A DNA stretch of 62,963 nucleotides, the filler included, from Bigelowiella natans CCMP2755 (taxonomy: Eukaryota; Protista; Cercozoa): NCBI GenBank assembly GCA_000320545.1. It is 4 parts of 4 records of this genome, joined end to end, with 100 filler letters (N's around TTAATTAATTAA, not from the genome) between each part and the next. Parts side by side here need not be neighbours in the genome. Positions count along the whole stretch, not along the records: positions 1 to 29,240 come from ADNK01000444.1; 3 more parts are not named here. One strand, 5' to 3'. Each line of letters opens with the position of its first letter. Position 1 is the first letter of the stretch. This document shows positions 1 through 14,000 of the stretch, one piece after another. The notes under the pieces were generated by a model. The model was not told where the DNA came from. It was given only the letters and a program-made list of their open reading frames with translations, and searched no databases. The position numbers and the translations under genes were made by a program.

Positions 1-46
1 TTCTTCCTTCCTTCCTTCCCCTCCCCCCCCCCCCCCCCCCCCCCCC

Positions 47-91
<45 letters not shown>

Positions 92-133
92 CTCCATAGC
101 AGAATGATTATTGAAGTCTTCACAATCGCATAC

Positions 134-1338
134 TGGTAAAGAGCTTATTTTCTTGACGGCCCCACCGACACCCGTTGCCATCCCTGCCGTGCTGGTCAGA
201 GCGGTTATTTGCACCAGCCTTTTCACGAACCGAAATCCTATAGGGATCGGTGGATAGTTTAACAGCAACTCAATTCAAGAGACCAGCTAGTGGGTCAAGC
301 AAGACTGATGCAGGGTAACGATAGAACGCATCGTAATTGTCGAAAGGCAGCCGTTGCGAGCAAAATTGGAATCAAAAATGATATTCTATGGTGAGATACG
401 AGCAAAGCTTCCTGATACCTCGCGGTCCTGCAAGAGCTAGAAGAACAGAGGAGCCTGGAAAAATATACATTCTAGTGTTTTGTTTTCTTCTCATCCTTGC
501 TGCTTCCTTTCGGCGTGAGACCGCAGCGCGTGCGTACGCCTCACTACTCTCATGCTCTAATCTATCGAGGCAATCGGTCGCTGATGCTCACGATGAAAGA
601 GAGGGGAAGCCGAGATGAAAGAGAGGAGAATCGATTCATGAAGGCAGAAGAGATATTTTTGCAACCGCTCAATGCATCTCCCCCATTCGCATTTATTCAA
701 TAATTTTGTTAAATGAAGAGAGGGTGGATCACTCACTGGCTCCTATGGCCCCTCCCAGTTGCAGTCCTTTATGCATGACATGAGCGCCTTAAATAATGAA
801 CCGTCACATCATCTCAATGCACAAACAACAGTCAAGTCCTTTCTCAAATTGATTGTGATCATCTGAAGTTGTTACTATCTCGTTGCAAGCGATTTAAATA
901 TGATCAACAACCCAAAACAGCAGTGGGCCTTGTGGGAGCTGCATATGACTCCTGTGAGGGGTTCCGGAAGACGATGTGCACGAGCGAGTCGTCAAGCTCC
1001 TTCGTTTCTCTGAGAAAATATCAGGGCAAAGACATAAAAAAATCTATCCTTTCTCACCAATCCCTTCCTCTCCGTTACATACGATGGCACGTGCACACGC
1101 GCGAATATGAACACGGACATGGACACGCATGCGGACAAATGGGAAGCGGGCTCTACTTCGGCATCGGTTCCGGAACACAACGAGAAGCTGTTTAATTTCG
1201 GAATATTCTAGACGATAATTTATAGATGTTTTGATGATACTATGTTGTAGAAATGTTTCTGTGGGGATCAATTTCGATCTCAGTATCGCCTTTCCTAGGA
1301 GTATAATCAGTACTCGAATTACCAGCATTTGACCACAT
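134..1338 (-). CDS. DUF1757-like small membrane protein, multi-exon, 3' end runs off the left edge of the window
   Basis: GT-AG exons splice in frame to ...ETKELDDSLVHIVFRNPSQESYAAPTRPTAVL|GAHVMHKGLQLGGAIGA|SSSVLLALAGPR|GFRFVKRLVQITALTSTAGMATGVGGAVKKISSLP. The HVxxKGxQxG plus Gly-rich helices pattern resembles DUF1757 (from memory). The start at 1338 (MWSNAGK) is tentative. Confidence 0.5.
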
Positions 1339-1793
1339 AAAAGTCTTCCGTTTTCGCAGCCCGGACCCATGGGATATTCAGTATTAGGGGCACCAGAGGG
1401 ACATTTATGAAATGGGATATTTTTGCTTTTATGAGCTCTAGAATGTTGTCGTATCATATAAACGGTATTATTTTAACGAATTCTCATTTTTTATTGATAT
1501 TGCGGTGCTGAAAGGTTTCTCCTTGCCGGCCACAGACCCAAATAGCCTCCCCCTGCCGTAGTTGTGAAAAGGTCTGATTGGCTGAGAAATGAAGCCAGCA
1601 TGAGGCCAGATTTACTTAGCTTGTGAAAATGAGAGGATATTATATGTCTTTTTTTTTTTCGCGTATCTACATAAAGGCTGAGGTTATCCAACCTTGAGGT
1701 GGAGAGGAAAGGGGGGGGGATGGTCATTTGTGCTTCTGCATTAACATCGTGTCTTATCCCTTTTATGCTCTTTGAAAGGAGGGGTAGAGGCCA

Positions 1794-2157
1794 ATGTCTC
1801 TCCGAAAGGAACTCATATCGCGGCGAGCATTGCTGATACAAGAAGCATCCAGGCGTATATTCGGTGGTGTCGCCCCTGAGCTCGGAAATCGAAGGTCTCA
1901 CCGCAAGATGTTCAAACTGAAGCCAAAAGGACCGGTGATATCTTGAAAGCATATGTATTAAAAATAATAAACTTGGTTGTTATTTGTTAATTTTCGATGA
2001 TTGTTCACGTTAGGGATTGATGAAATGGTACGACCCGAATCCTTGGCCAAGGGCATTTGACGAATCTGTAATTTATAGAAAAGAAAAACTACAGATTCTC
2101 AAGGACACAGGGAGAACACCCCCTGCCAAAGGTCAAGGAAAACGAGCAAGAAAATAG
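1794..2157 (+). CDS. MRPS33: Mitochondrial ribosomal protein mS33 (RSM27-like), 2 exons (1794-1934, 2014-2157)
   Basis: Spliced product MSLRKELISRRALLIQEASRRIFGGVAPELGNRRSHRKMFKLKPKGP|GLMKWYDPNPW...EKLQILKDTGRTPPAKGQGKRARK*. SxRIFG, WY and PPxKGQGKRA motifs match the family. Both exons are whole-codon lengths. Absent from the ORF track. Confidence 0.85.
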
Positions 2158-2647
2158 CTTTAAGCGATTACTGACAAGCTGGATTCTAGCTTTTCATTTT
2201 GCTGAAAATAAAACAAAATTATTTATAAAAAAAGCAAATATGCAATACGCACATAATATTAGACAGCATGTACTATAGCCTGTTGTCAGTGATGACATCA
2301 CAGCTGCTGTCGACGACATTTCGTAAACCATCTGTGTTTACTTGCGTCACGCAGGTATATACATGTCGCATGTATAGTCGTACGATACGTTATTACTGTC
2401 CTTCGCACAAGCTCGAGTCTAGATAGATGTACGCGTTGCATCGCGTCTAGGCAACCTGTCGCAACCCCCAACAATGTGTACGTATATATGTGTCTATATG
2501 TCATATAGCATAGTCAATAGGCCACGCTGCTAAGACAGCTGCTACCCCGCCAATAAGCGAGACGGATCGATACGATCGATGCAATGTAAAAATTAAATCG
2601 GCGCTACTAGTTTATATTCTCATCCTTGCGCCCGTCGCTGTACGCCG

Positions 2648-2687
<40 letters not shown>

Positions 2688-3114
2688 CCGCTATACATGT
2701 CTTCTCATTTATGCACATATGCGATCGAGTTATTTACGATACAGCTTGTGTTACAGCTGCTAGATGTGCAGATTTTGGGTACACGATGTAAGGTTGTTGC
2801 GGCACATGCGCATATTACTTACACACATGCCACATAGCATGCGTACACAATTCGATTGGCGTGCGCACCTCATCAGTCATCGTAGCATCTAACACATGCG
2901 CCCAAATACATTCGTGCACAGTCACTATGTTTTTATTTTGTTTTGTCATCAAGGAAAAAGGTAGCGGATAAAGGCATTACATTGCCCTAATAGTGGCTAC
3001 GCCTTCTGTTTCATATACTTGCCACTTCTCGTCTGCCTCGTTTTTCCTCCTCCTACCACTACTATTACTACTGATTTTCTTACTGCAACCTAGCTAGCCG
3101 GTGGGAGCCATGCT

Positions 3115-4587
3115 TCATTCGTCCCCTCCCGAGACCCCGACGCAAGTGTACACATCCTTGTCGGAGATCAAGAATGACTTCCACATCTCCTTGATGTCGT
3201 CTAGGGTGATGCCCGAGATCACATCCTTGTACTGGGAGATTGCTTCGACGTTCTTCTCTGGAATGCTGTCGTCCTGGATACCTCGAAGCACGTTGATCCA
3301 GTACCCGTCGTTGGTGCTCTCGGTGTCGTGGAAGTGCTGGACGCTTCGCTTGGCGCTGTTCATCATGTGCGGCGAGAAGCGTATGTTGCGCAGGCACTTG
3401 GATGCCTCGTTGACGGCTCGATCCACGTTCTGGTGTTCCGAGTTGATGACGATCAACCAGTCATTCGTTGGCAAGCGCTCGTTTACCCCCACCTCGAATT
3501 TGGTGTGGTACACTAGCGATAGCGAGTCGCGCAGGTACGAATACAGCTCCGTCGAAACCATCTTCTCGATCAGCTCGATGCAGGCCGGCGCGAACAAGGG
3601 GTGGCTGCGGCGGGCGACCGTCTCTTCATCGTTTGCCTTCTTGGAGGTCAGAGACGACCAGAACCCCTTCTTGCGGCTGCTCTCAATGTTCTCGGTGGAC
3701 GAATATCTGATATGTGATAAGGATGACGGAAAAGGGGGGACAGCAGAATCACCAGAGCACAGTGGGTCAGGAGTCGCGGCTATGTGACACAGGGAGAGGG
3801 GCACGACGTATCACGATGAGGAGGAGGAGGAGGAGGAGGAGGAGGAGGAGACGAAGGAAAACAAAACATAGTAGCGCTTCTATATAAGGCAGGCATCCTG
3901 ACAGGCAAGCTGCTGCTGGGTCCCCGCACATTAATTCGTGAGAACACAGAATTGACAACTACTGCCATAAATAACGGCATTTGAAACCCCGCAGGAAGTA
4001 CAGCAAAAAATCCACAATCCAAACTTTTCTATTGGTACTGTTGCGTGCATTTGTGCATGTGTACTGTTCATCAGCAACCCACCCCCATCGGTTTGGCGCG
4101 ATGCCGCTGAGGTAGCCAATAGCGCGCTTCTGATCGTCGGGTAGGGTGATGCGCTGGTGCTGCCTGGTGGGGTCGGGCTTGATGTCTACGATGTCCTGTT
4201 GGTAGAGCGGCTCAGGAGCCTTCCGCATTGGGATCGTTCCGAGATACCTTTAGAAGAAGAAGTAGAAATATATGTATAAATATGTAATAATAACGATGAT
4301 GATTACAATAGCACGGCAGCAGAAAAGCAGCCCGTGAGTTGCTTGCTATGGGATTGAGTAGTACATCTCCCCCCACTCCTCCCTCCCTCCCCTTGACTTA
4401 CTTGAAGATGCTATCCTCCAGCTGCTGCTCATCAAAGTCCCCGACGATATTAATCTCGAGGTTCTCGGTGCAGAGCTGCCTCTCGAGCTCATCCTTTACA
4501 GTGGCAAGGTCCAAGCGGTCGATCACCTCAGGTGGAGGGCCCCAGAACCTAATAGATAGCAGCACCAAATAAAGGGGCAAACATTGT

Positions 4588-4628
<41 letters not shown>

Positions 4629-4632
4629 CCAC

Positions 4633-4676
<44 letters not shown>

Positions 4677-5388
4677 GAAAGAGGAACGCCTCATATTATT
4701 GCCATTATTAAATTTGTCACCTCGCATCGTCGCTCGCAACGGCACGAACCAGCATGTCTGCGCTAGCCATCTCGAGGGACTTCACAACTGCATCGTAGTT
4801 TGAGTGGAAGAGGTCCTTCGCAGAGCTGAATGCCTTCTCATTCCATCGTAGATCCGAGTATCTGAGCAAAAATATGAATAATTAACCAGTCTGAAAATGA
4901 GGAGTCTCGAAAGAGGAAAGGGGGAGGCGGGGGGGGGGGGGGGGAATGAGGAATGGCTGCTAGTGTGGGGATTATCATTCGGTGTGAGGGGGTTAGGTTC
5001 TTTTGGTTGTAGTGATGATGAAATGATAATAAAAGCATCACGACATTTCCCAAAGGCAAAATGTCATCAAAGAGAGAAATACAGCAAAAGGCACGTACAC
5101 AAGCATGAGGAACTGCATTAGGTCATCCAAAGTCTCTGTTGGAGCGAGCAAGTCCCACGTGATCGACTCCAAGGTCACACCGAAGTTAATGTTCATCAGC
5201 TTTCTCATCGAGAATAGATCCACCATTTCGCGGGAGTAGTTGCCGAAGCTGCCTCCCTGCATGATCGTTTGCACGCCCAGCTTCACTGCAGCTGGGTTCT
5301 CGAGGGTCTCTCGGCTCAAACCGCCTAAAATTGTGGTAGTCGTCATTTCGTTAAGTGTGTGCGATCTCAGTCTCCGCACCCCCCCCGC

Positions 5389-5429
<41 letters not shown>

Positions 5430-8178
5430 TCTCCCCAACATCAATCTCGAAGAAGAAAGACGTCATATCCGAGAAGGGAGTATGGGCTCGGGTTGAGGAT
5501 ATAGTTATGAAACTCAGGGTCTCATCGATCGATCGGTCGACCGGTCGGCAGCAAAGATGCATAGCATAGCACAGCAAAGCAAAGCACCCACCAGGAGACA
5601 CTGCTGCGATGGAGATGGTATTGGGCGTGTTGTCAGTCTTCTTGTAGTTGACTCGGATGCCGTTTGCGAGCCTCCTCCTGACGATGTTGGTGGCTGGGTC
5701 GACAGCTCGTTCCACGCCTTCCTGAACCTGGTGAGGGGTGGGTGTGGTCAATCAACAATGTGGTTAATGTCATCATGTGGTGAGTGAGTGAGTGAGGGGG
5801 GGAGTGGCATCCTTTTTTGACGGATAGAAAGAGAAGTTTCACGTTGCTACCGCCCGGTCCCTCCCCTTCCTACCTCCGTCCACTTCGGTGAGTTGGATTT
5901 ATGGAGTTCTTCAAGCATGTCGTCTGGCACGAGCTGCTCCAAGCTCTCCACGGCCTCGTCCTCCTCGTCATCATCCGGTCGCGTCATGAGCTCATTCTTG
6001 ATGGTCTCCGCTTCGATCTGAACCTCTGCTGCTGCTCCCCCAGCTGCTGCGCCAGGGACGCACGCCAGGATCGCTGCCGGGAGGGGGGCGTCTTGACCAC
6101 CATACTCGGCGATGTATTCCAGCAGCTAGCATGTCGCACGGGAAGGGGGGGGGAGGGGGGGCGGAGGGGGGGCGGAGACTTAGTATTAGTGATGAGACAG
6201 GGTGAAAGAAGCATTGGTGGATGGACCCTTTTACATCCTAACATTCTGCACATTCCAGGGATCTCCTCAATAATTCGCGACAAGTTACCTGCCGAGCGTG
6301 GCTGTTGACGTCATCAAGCGTGATTGTCTGCACAACCTCTTCGAGGAGGGAGTGGTAGTAGTTGAAATCCATGAAGGTATGGCCGAGTAGCTCCGCTTCG
6401 AGCAGGGAAGACACAATCTCCGAGGAGGGGATGTTGCCGGACTGCTGTGCAGCCTGCGAAGGGGGAGGGGGGGTGGGGCATAAATGGAAAGGGGAGGAAA
6501 GGGGAGGAAAGGGGAGGAAAGGGTATTATGCTTGGTCTCCTTGCATGGCAACAAAGCCAATTAACTTTTATGTAAGTAGATCCGACGATGACTTCGACCT
6601 CGCCCCCGTTCCCCCCTCCCCTTTCTCCGAACAATAATTATGCAATAATAAATCAAATCTAATAAAACATACATATATTTATTATATACCTGCTTCGAGT
6701 CAGCCAGCATGCTGTTAATCATACAGTCCAGCTCTGGCTGGGAGAACCCACGCTTGTAAGCGCGGCGGACGTCCTTAAGCGCGACCTGCAACATGTCCTT
6801 CCACTCGAACGGCCTCGAGTACAGCTTCAGCGTCGTCACAGCGCACGACTCCGACATGGAGTCTGAGTGGTCGAACTCGATGCCGGAGAGGGGGGGGTTG
6901 GGCCTCACCTTCGAGGTCAACGACCATCCCAAACAAGCCACAACTAGCCTGTTCAGAACGAACTCGCGAAGATCCTGAGGGAGAGGAAGGAGGAAGAGGA
7001 GGAGGAGGAGGAGGACGCAACAAAGGGTCATGAGGAGCGTTATGATTCGTATATGAGCGATATAAACCATACCCGTGAGAGGGGGAAAAATTAAGAACAA
7101 GGCATTTAGATTATCGATTCCCCTTCACAACCAACTCTAAGAGTGACCACTCCCCCCCCCCCTTCCCCTCATCATTGTCTTCTGACTGACATTCTTCGTC
7201 TTGATCGGCTGCACGGGCAGCTTGGCGCAGAGAACAAGCTGCAAACTCGGGATCATCTCGTGCGTGAAGATTGCAGGGTCCTTAGGCTCGTTGACTCGGT
7301 GTTCGTTTGAGAATCGATGCTCCACCTGTGGACGCACACGCCAATCGTTACGCGGATCGAACTCGGGGATCTTGTCTAGTGTCTCGTTGTACTCCTTCAG
7401 CCCTGCGAGAGCGCCGACCTGCGCATGTAGTTGATGTTGCCGAAACGGGGGGGCGGGGGGGTTCAGTAAGTATTCCTCGAAAATACATCTTTTACCACTA
7501 CTAACTACCACCAGTGCTCCATTTAAATTTTTGTTTCTTTACGATATTGCTACGAGTAAGTAAGGTATTGTTTTTATTTTAAAAAAATAGAATCTCACGA
7601 CGGGAGAGTAAGCAGTAGAGTATATAATAAGTAGCAGCACCTTCATGGCTTGGCGTGCGAGGTAGGTCGGGGAAGGGGGCACGGGATCAAAGACTTTCTT
7701 AATCAGCGCTTCTGTTTCGTCCAAATCGATGTCTCCGACGACGAATAAATCGGCACGATCTGAGTGGTAAAACCTCTTGTAGAATGCTCGAACCTTGTCA
7801 GGATGGACCTGCGGCAAGAACGTGTGCATGGGGAGAAAGAAGAGGAGGAGGAGGAGGAGGAGGAGGAGGAGGAGGAGGGAAGAAGAACAAGCGACGTTTG
7901 AGGATTTGAAGCGAGTGTGCAGTATGGCAAGCCCACACTACCACCCACTCGATATTCCCTCTCTATTTTTTCAAGGTGCTGGTTTCTACTGCTCCACACG
8001 AGCACTGCACCGAGCTGTTTCCCATGAGATAACTATAGAATTCCGACTTCTTGTTGAGCTAAAACTCAGTAAAAGCGCTGATGGTTTCTGTCTCGCAACA
8101 CCGCGTGGTAAGGAACGAAAAATACGTTTTCACTGCTTTAATTTGATACGACTTTAATAGTGCTATCACTGCAGCAAA

Positions 8179-8211
<33 letters not shown>

Positions 8212-10081
8212 GACTACTACTACGACTACTACTATTAAAATCACCACCACAACTAGCTGGACAGAAGAGGCTCTCTCTCTTTCTACCTTCCTAATAGTCG
8301 CCTCGTCACCGATAGGGAAGCGCTTTGGCAGGATGGTCTCACTATGCAACTCACAAATTTCCTGTGTCGTCATTCGGTACCTGGATGTTACCAAATCGCA
8401 GGCGCAAATGAATGGCCAGGGGGAGTTGGGAGGAGGGAGGGGGGGAAGAGGAGGGGAGCGGTTAGCTAAAAGAGTAGCGCGAAGAGCAACTAGATGGGGG
8501 GAATAAAGGAGTTGATATCTCGACATTTGTTGATGTTTCGGGTGGACAGTGTTAGCTGATATCATTACTCCATGTTGGTCATCATTGATAGCTCAGAGAG
8601 TACTGCGAGCCTCTCCTTTTCTATCCGAGAGTTAAGCATCTTGGCCTCGAATGCAATCTCGCGGAGGGCGTCGAGGGCGAGCGGGAGGAGCTTCGTACTG
8701 GGCGGCAACGCTGCAGTCCCTTGGGAAACAAGGGGGCAATTGATATGGTACACCGTGTGGTGGAAGTCGGTGTAGGCATTTGACTCGGAGCTAAGAGGAT
8801 AGGTAGCAGTAGTTATGAGGGTAGTACCATACCAATCAACAAAATGAAAGATTAGCAGGAGGTTAGATTTGCGTAAGATTAGGTTCGACAGTAGAAGGAG
8901 AAGCATAAGGAAATTACCCCGTTCCGAAGAGAATAGATCTCTTATCGCTCCCAAGGAATGTGACGTGCTCGACGATATGCGCTACACCCTGCTCGTCCTC
9001 AGCCTCCTCGATAGAACCTACGTGCATCTGCAAATGTGCTTCGAACCTTCCTGCGGGCACTGGATTCTTCAGAATGATGTACCTGATAAGGAAATTACGG
9101 GTGAAGGGAAAAGTCAGAAAACGGAAGAGAAAAGAGAGGGGAGAGAATGGAAGAAGAGTGTTTTCCCAGCCGCAGCAGCATGACGACCAGAGGTCTCTCC
9201 CCCATCTCATTCAACAACAATTGCGTTCAAACATGTTACCGGAATCCATTTCGGGTGATCTGGCCCTTACGCATTTCTCCATGGTGCTCGAGTTCTTGTT
9301 CCAGATTCACATCCTGAACACGATCAACCTCGTCCACATCTATGCTCACTGCCTTAGCCTTGAGCTCCACGTCCCCATCCGGAGTTTGCATGGCGTACAG
9401 CTTGTATTTGCGTCGCTGGACCTGGAACCCAGGGTGTTGCTTCTCCTCGCCCGGTACTCTAGAGCCAAAATTTTTTCGCGGCGGTCGATTTGGGATGGAA
9501 GCGCGCTGACTGGAACTGGACCATGTTCTACTCATACCTCCCACTCCACCATATGCGCTTGTTCCTGTGAGCGAAAAGTTTCCCGGAGGGGGGGGGGGAT
9601 AAGGTTGATATGAGATGAAATGGTATTATATTTGGCAATCTAGGCTAAATTAAACACTTAAATTTCAAGCTTATGTAGTATGATCCAGTATTGGGGGTTA
9701 AGGAAAAACACTGGTTGGTCAGTCTCGCATATTATACCCTTAGGACTGTTTTGACGGCACAGTGACGGCACATGGAAAAAACATTTTGGAGTTTTCACTT
9801 ATTCTGGAAATCTTTTAGAAATGTCTCTATTCTCATCTCTTGGAATTTAGTTGTGCCAAAAATTCCCTTGCCTTCCTTCCTCTTCCAATTGTAAATATTT
9901 GGTATTTATTACTTGCACGGGATTGGATTGTGGTCCTTGTGGCCAAGGAAGGCGCGGTTTCTTCTGTTCTCCAACGCCTTCCAGCAAGCCCGCCAAAGCC
10001 AACAAAGACGACGACAGCTAATGCGATCACATACAACCCCGAACGCCTACGGCTCCTTCCAATGGGACCGGGCCGATACAT
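3115..10081 (-). CDS. SPP: Stromal processing peptidase (M16 zinc metallopeptidase), plastid-targeted, many exons
   Basis: Exons encode YIILKNPVPAGRFEAHLQMHVGSIEEAEDEQGVAHIVEHVTFLGS (inverted HxxEH), SNAYTDFHHTVYHIN, RIEKERLAVLSEL, LPKRFPIG, VRAFYKRFYH, RLANGIRVNYK and NDGYWINVL. The N-terminus has a hydrophobic signal-like stretch followed by an R/S/T-rich transit-like region. Confidence 0.9.
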
Positions 10082-10653
10082 TCTGGACTCGTGGTGAAAG
10101 GGAGGGGTGGTACGGGAAAGTTGGGGTTCTGTCAGACCTAAGTGTGAGTAAAAGCTTCGCTGTATTCAAAGAAAGCTGTTAAAATCAGATGCGTCATCCC
10201 TATACGTATGTCGCATTTATCTTATTAATGTGGTTTGTGAGACCGAATAGTATCTTGAAGGTATCCGTGCGAAAAGCCGGGAATTGATGATAATACGTAC
10301 CAAAACGCAGGCTAATAAGTACATGGGATTGCCATTTGAAAAAGACGCAAAATACTTTTGGCGGTAGGTTCCGCGATAAAGAATCAGGATGGATTCGCTG
10401 ATTGGTACTCTCTGAAGACCATTTGTTGCAATGGTTTTTTGGATCGCGACTTCCCTATCCCAGCCAACTCGAATTTCATCTTAATTCATTAGGAATGTGG
10501 AAGTACTCAAACTGAAATCTTCCTCCAGTTCTTATTGTCTCAGATGATAATTATCCTGCATTTTTAATATATAGCCCCATAAAGCTTGGAAACGGTGTCA
10601 GCACTAATAAGACCCTCCCCCGCAGGCACAGAGGTAACGACTGCACTGCATCG

Positions 10654-12447
10654 ATGGCTGATGGCCAGCCCGCCCCCCAAAGCGAGGTATGATTGCTTAA
10701 GAACAAGGAAGGGAATCAGGGATTTTAATAGTCTTTCTTTTCTGTAACGTGTTGGTACAGGGAAAGGATATGGAAGTGAAGGCGATGGAGGAAAAAACAG
10801 CAGGGGGTAAGGACGAAGCTCCTAGCGCCGAAGCCACTCAAGAAGGTGGTGCTGAAAAACCTGAGAAGGAAGCAAGCGTGAATGCAACGGAGATTTCGAA
10901 GGAAGGAGAAACTTCAGAGCAACCAAATCCCTCAACGGAAGGTAAAGAGGCAGCGAAACAGCAGGAGGAATCGAAGCTAGAATCTTCAAAAACCGACAAC
11001 TCTCCCACACCTGAAGGGGAAAAAGATCCATCAAAAGAAAACAAAGATGTTGAGAAAAAAGGGAACACTGAAGAGGAAATTAAAGAGGAAATTGCCTCGG
11101 AGGAGAAGAAGGAAGAAGTTAAAAAGCAAGGGGGGAAAGAAGATGAGATCGAGGAGGAGGTAATATTCTGTTTTTTGTTCTTTGTTCTAAAGAACCCATC
11201 GTTCTGATGTTGTCTTGACTATATCCCAGGATGGAGCGAAGACAAATGATGTTATGCTAGAAGACGCCAAAGAAGAAGGGGAAAAGGAGGGTAAATCCAC
11301 AGAGGAAGAGATTCATGAAGACATAAAAGGTGGCGACAATGAAGAGGCCAAAAAAGATGAGGAGGAGGATGAGGAGGAGGAGGAGGATGAGGATGAGGAG
11401 GAGGAAGCAGCAGAAGATGAAGACCTTGAAGAACTCATGTATAGAGCCAGAGAAGAACGAAGGAGACTCAACAAAGGCAACGCTTCCCTGCAGAAGCAGA
11501 TTCAAGCTTTCTGGGAGTTCGATCGCAGGAGCCAGATAGAGCTGAAAGAGTATAAGCTCACAAACAAAGGAACGCAGGTTGTTTCGGGTCAGAAAGCAAA
11601 CTATCTCAAAGCCCTCAAAGAGATCAAAAACACAGTGATGATGATACAGGACAAAGCGAAGGAGAATCAGGTAAAAATTGAAAAGGCTGAGCAGAAGCTT
11701 GACCTCCTTGATGAGAAGGCCTCGTCAGTGAATCAAGCCTTCAAGACTTTCAAACGTGAGATCGCAGTGGATTCAGTAGATCAGCAGACAGGAAAGCCGC
11801 TTAAATTTAAGCGCATTCTTGCTTTCGAGTCCACAGAAGCAGCAAAGGACAAAGAAGTAGAAGACGTGCGTCTAACGAACATCCACTATGTCAAGCGCCT
11901 TGCCGAGCTTGTTAACCAGGTGAGGAAAAACGAGGAGCTAGATGCTGGGCTCAGCATAATCGATTTTGAGCAGCTGAAGATTGAAAACCAAACCCTGAGC
12001 GAGAAGGTAGAGGAGCGGAATGATGAGTTGCACAAACTCATTAAGAAAAAACGAAGCACCGTTGAGGTTCTCACACACATCAAAGAGAAGCTTCAATTTG
12101 TTCAAGCTGAGGAGCAGAAACTCCGGAAAAAGTTAGAGACCCTTGTTGGCCGGACAGGAAAAGTAACGACGCTACTCGATAAAGTTATCGAATCGAAAAG
12201 GAAGCGCGACGCCTATCAGAAGGAATTCAAGATTCTCCAGGGGCAAGCTGGCTTTGTAGGCAGTGACGTTTTGGTTTCGGATTATGAAAAGAGGCGCTTA
12301 ACAAATGCAGCGCTCAGAGAGAAGCTCGAGGAGCTGCAAAACAAACATGCAAAGACCTTAGCTGTTCTGAAGAAATACAAACCTTCTGAAGTAGCTAAAT
12401 TTAGCAGAACTGTGAAAACGAGATCGAAGAAGAACACTCGGACATGA
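10654..12447 (+). CDS. CFAP184: Cilia/flagella coiled-coil protein CFAP184/CCDC96 (DUF4201) with long acidic N-terminus, 3 exons
   Basis: The 410-aa ORF contains GLSIIDFEQLKIENQTLSEKVEERNDELHKL and TVEVLTHIKEKLQF, typical of CCDC96. Upstream exons MADGQPAPQSE|GKDMEV... join by GT-AG. Confidence 0.85.
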
Positions 12448-13494
12448 TCAAATTGAAATTGAATTCGAGATGTGGAATGTTCTCACCATGTTGCCACTTT
12501 TATGATCGCAGGAGTTGCGAATATTGATGCAAGGAGTAAGAAGATACATCTATGAATCGAGTAGTGCGTCATGATATTCTGCATTGCATGCCGCCACGAC
12601 ACGTACATGCTAGCTAGCTGTGCTAAATAGCTATGTTCCTCGATCTAGTGAAACAATAACTGTGATGGCGTGCAGTGATCCAAGCGCCGCGGCAGGCACA
12701 GCTGGCTAGATCCTATCGATGGGCGTTTGTCCACAACAAAGCCATACGACCAGCAGCCGGCACACGCATTCGCTGTCAGTCAATTTTTCACTGTCATCAT
12801 CATTATATCATCATCTACGATGACTGTAGATCACTCAGAATCGAAGCACTTCCCATTGAAGAGTGTATATGGACTATGGACATTTATGTCCCTATAAGTG
12901 CAATGGTGTATAGGTGCATGGTTAGGTACCAGATTTCCATGCGTGAGGTTGCCTGTCAACGTTGCCTCACTGGCGGACATTTGCACGCATATTGCTCAAA
13001 CTGCTACCTAGCAGCTTGCTTGTACGTAGCCATGCATGCTGCGTGCTCACGCAATTACGCGACAATAGCCACACAGCAAACTACATTGAGCATTGACACG
13101 TACGCACTAAGCTCGCAGGTCACATCCACACGACAATGCAAGTGCACAGTTTTCATGTATAAGCAGAACGCCATGCAAGTGCGTACGTCCTTTATTCATG
13201 TACGTAATCCTGTATGTGGAGTCGCGTCGACATCGCATTGCTAAGCAAGTAAGTGGTGGCATGTTTAAATGTATCGATACTCCGATCCTTGGGTAAGCTA
13301 TTCTTGCGGCTTCGTGAGACTAGTTGTGTTGTGGACATGGTGCAGAATAATTGACATATATGATGCCTCTATCATGTAAGCACGTTAATTATAGATACAT
13401 ACACTACTGTCGTTCGGCGTGGATTCGGCTATGCATAAGATAAAGCACAGGGCGCCGACGATTCGATGTCCTCGTTACCTTTATGAAAGAGTGA

Positions 13495-13884
13495 TCAACC
13501 TCTCCCACCAAAAACTCCCGGAAGCTGCAACTTCTGAGCTTCGCAATACCTCTCCGCCTACAGTTGCATGGAAAATCCCGTCATCGTTTTATGTTTATGA
13601 CGGTTGTTTGTAACATGAGCGATGATACTGTTTTGTCATACACCGTCCCACAGTTGGGTACATAATACACGCACACACGCGGATGTTACACATATTAGAT
13701 ATTCAAAAATATAGGGAGGGAGAGATAAAGAGAATTATTTGCATGTGAGGAAATACCTCAAGTATTGCCGTTTCCAACTCCTGGAAATTCTTCGCAGGAA
13801 TTTCACCAAGATTTTGCCCTACAAAAAATGAATATGTCGCACGTTAACCTCAAGCGCGCATTTAGTGTCCCCCCCCCCCCCCCT

Positions 13885-13915
<31 letters not shown>

Positions 13916-13964
13916 ATGTGTGTGTGTATCTCCCTCGTTCTCTTCCATTCAGTCACACGCACAC

Positions 13965-14000
<36 letters not shown>

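Noticed and set aside
1491-1952. 153-aa - strand ORF as the 5' part of the DUF1757-like gene
   Set aside because: It overlaps the well-supported mS33 exon on the + strand and its promoter region.
3101-3787. 228-aa + strand ORF overlapping the last SPP exon (likewise 43567-44250 and 62026-62664)
   Set aside because: Antisense shadows of GC-rich coding exons.
12675-13244. 189-aa ORF in the CFAP184/thioredoxin spacer
   Set aside because: C/H/M/A-rich with no motif; it lies in a convergent spacer with the TGCA/CTAG texture and is likely spurious.
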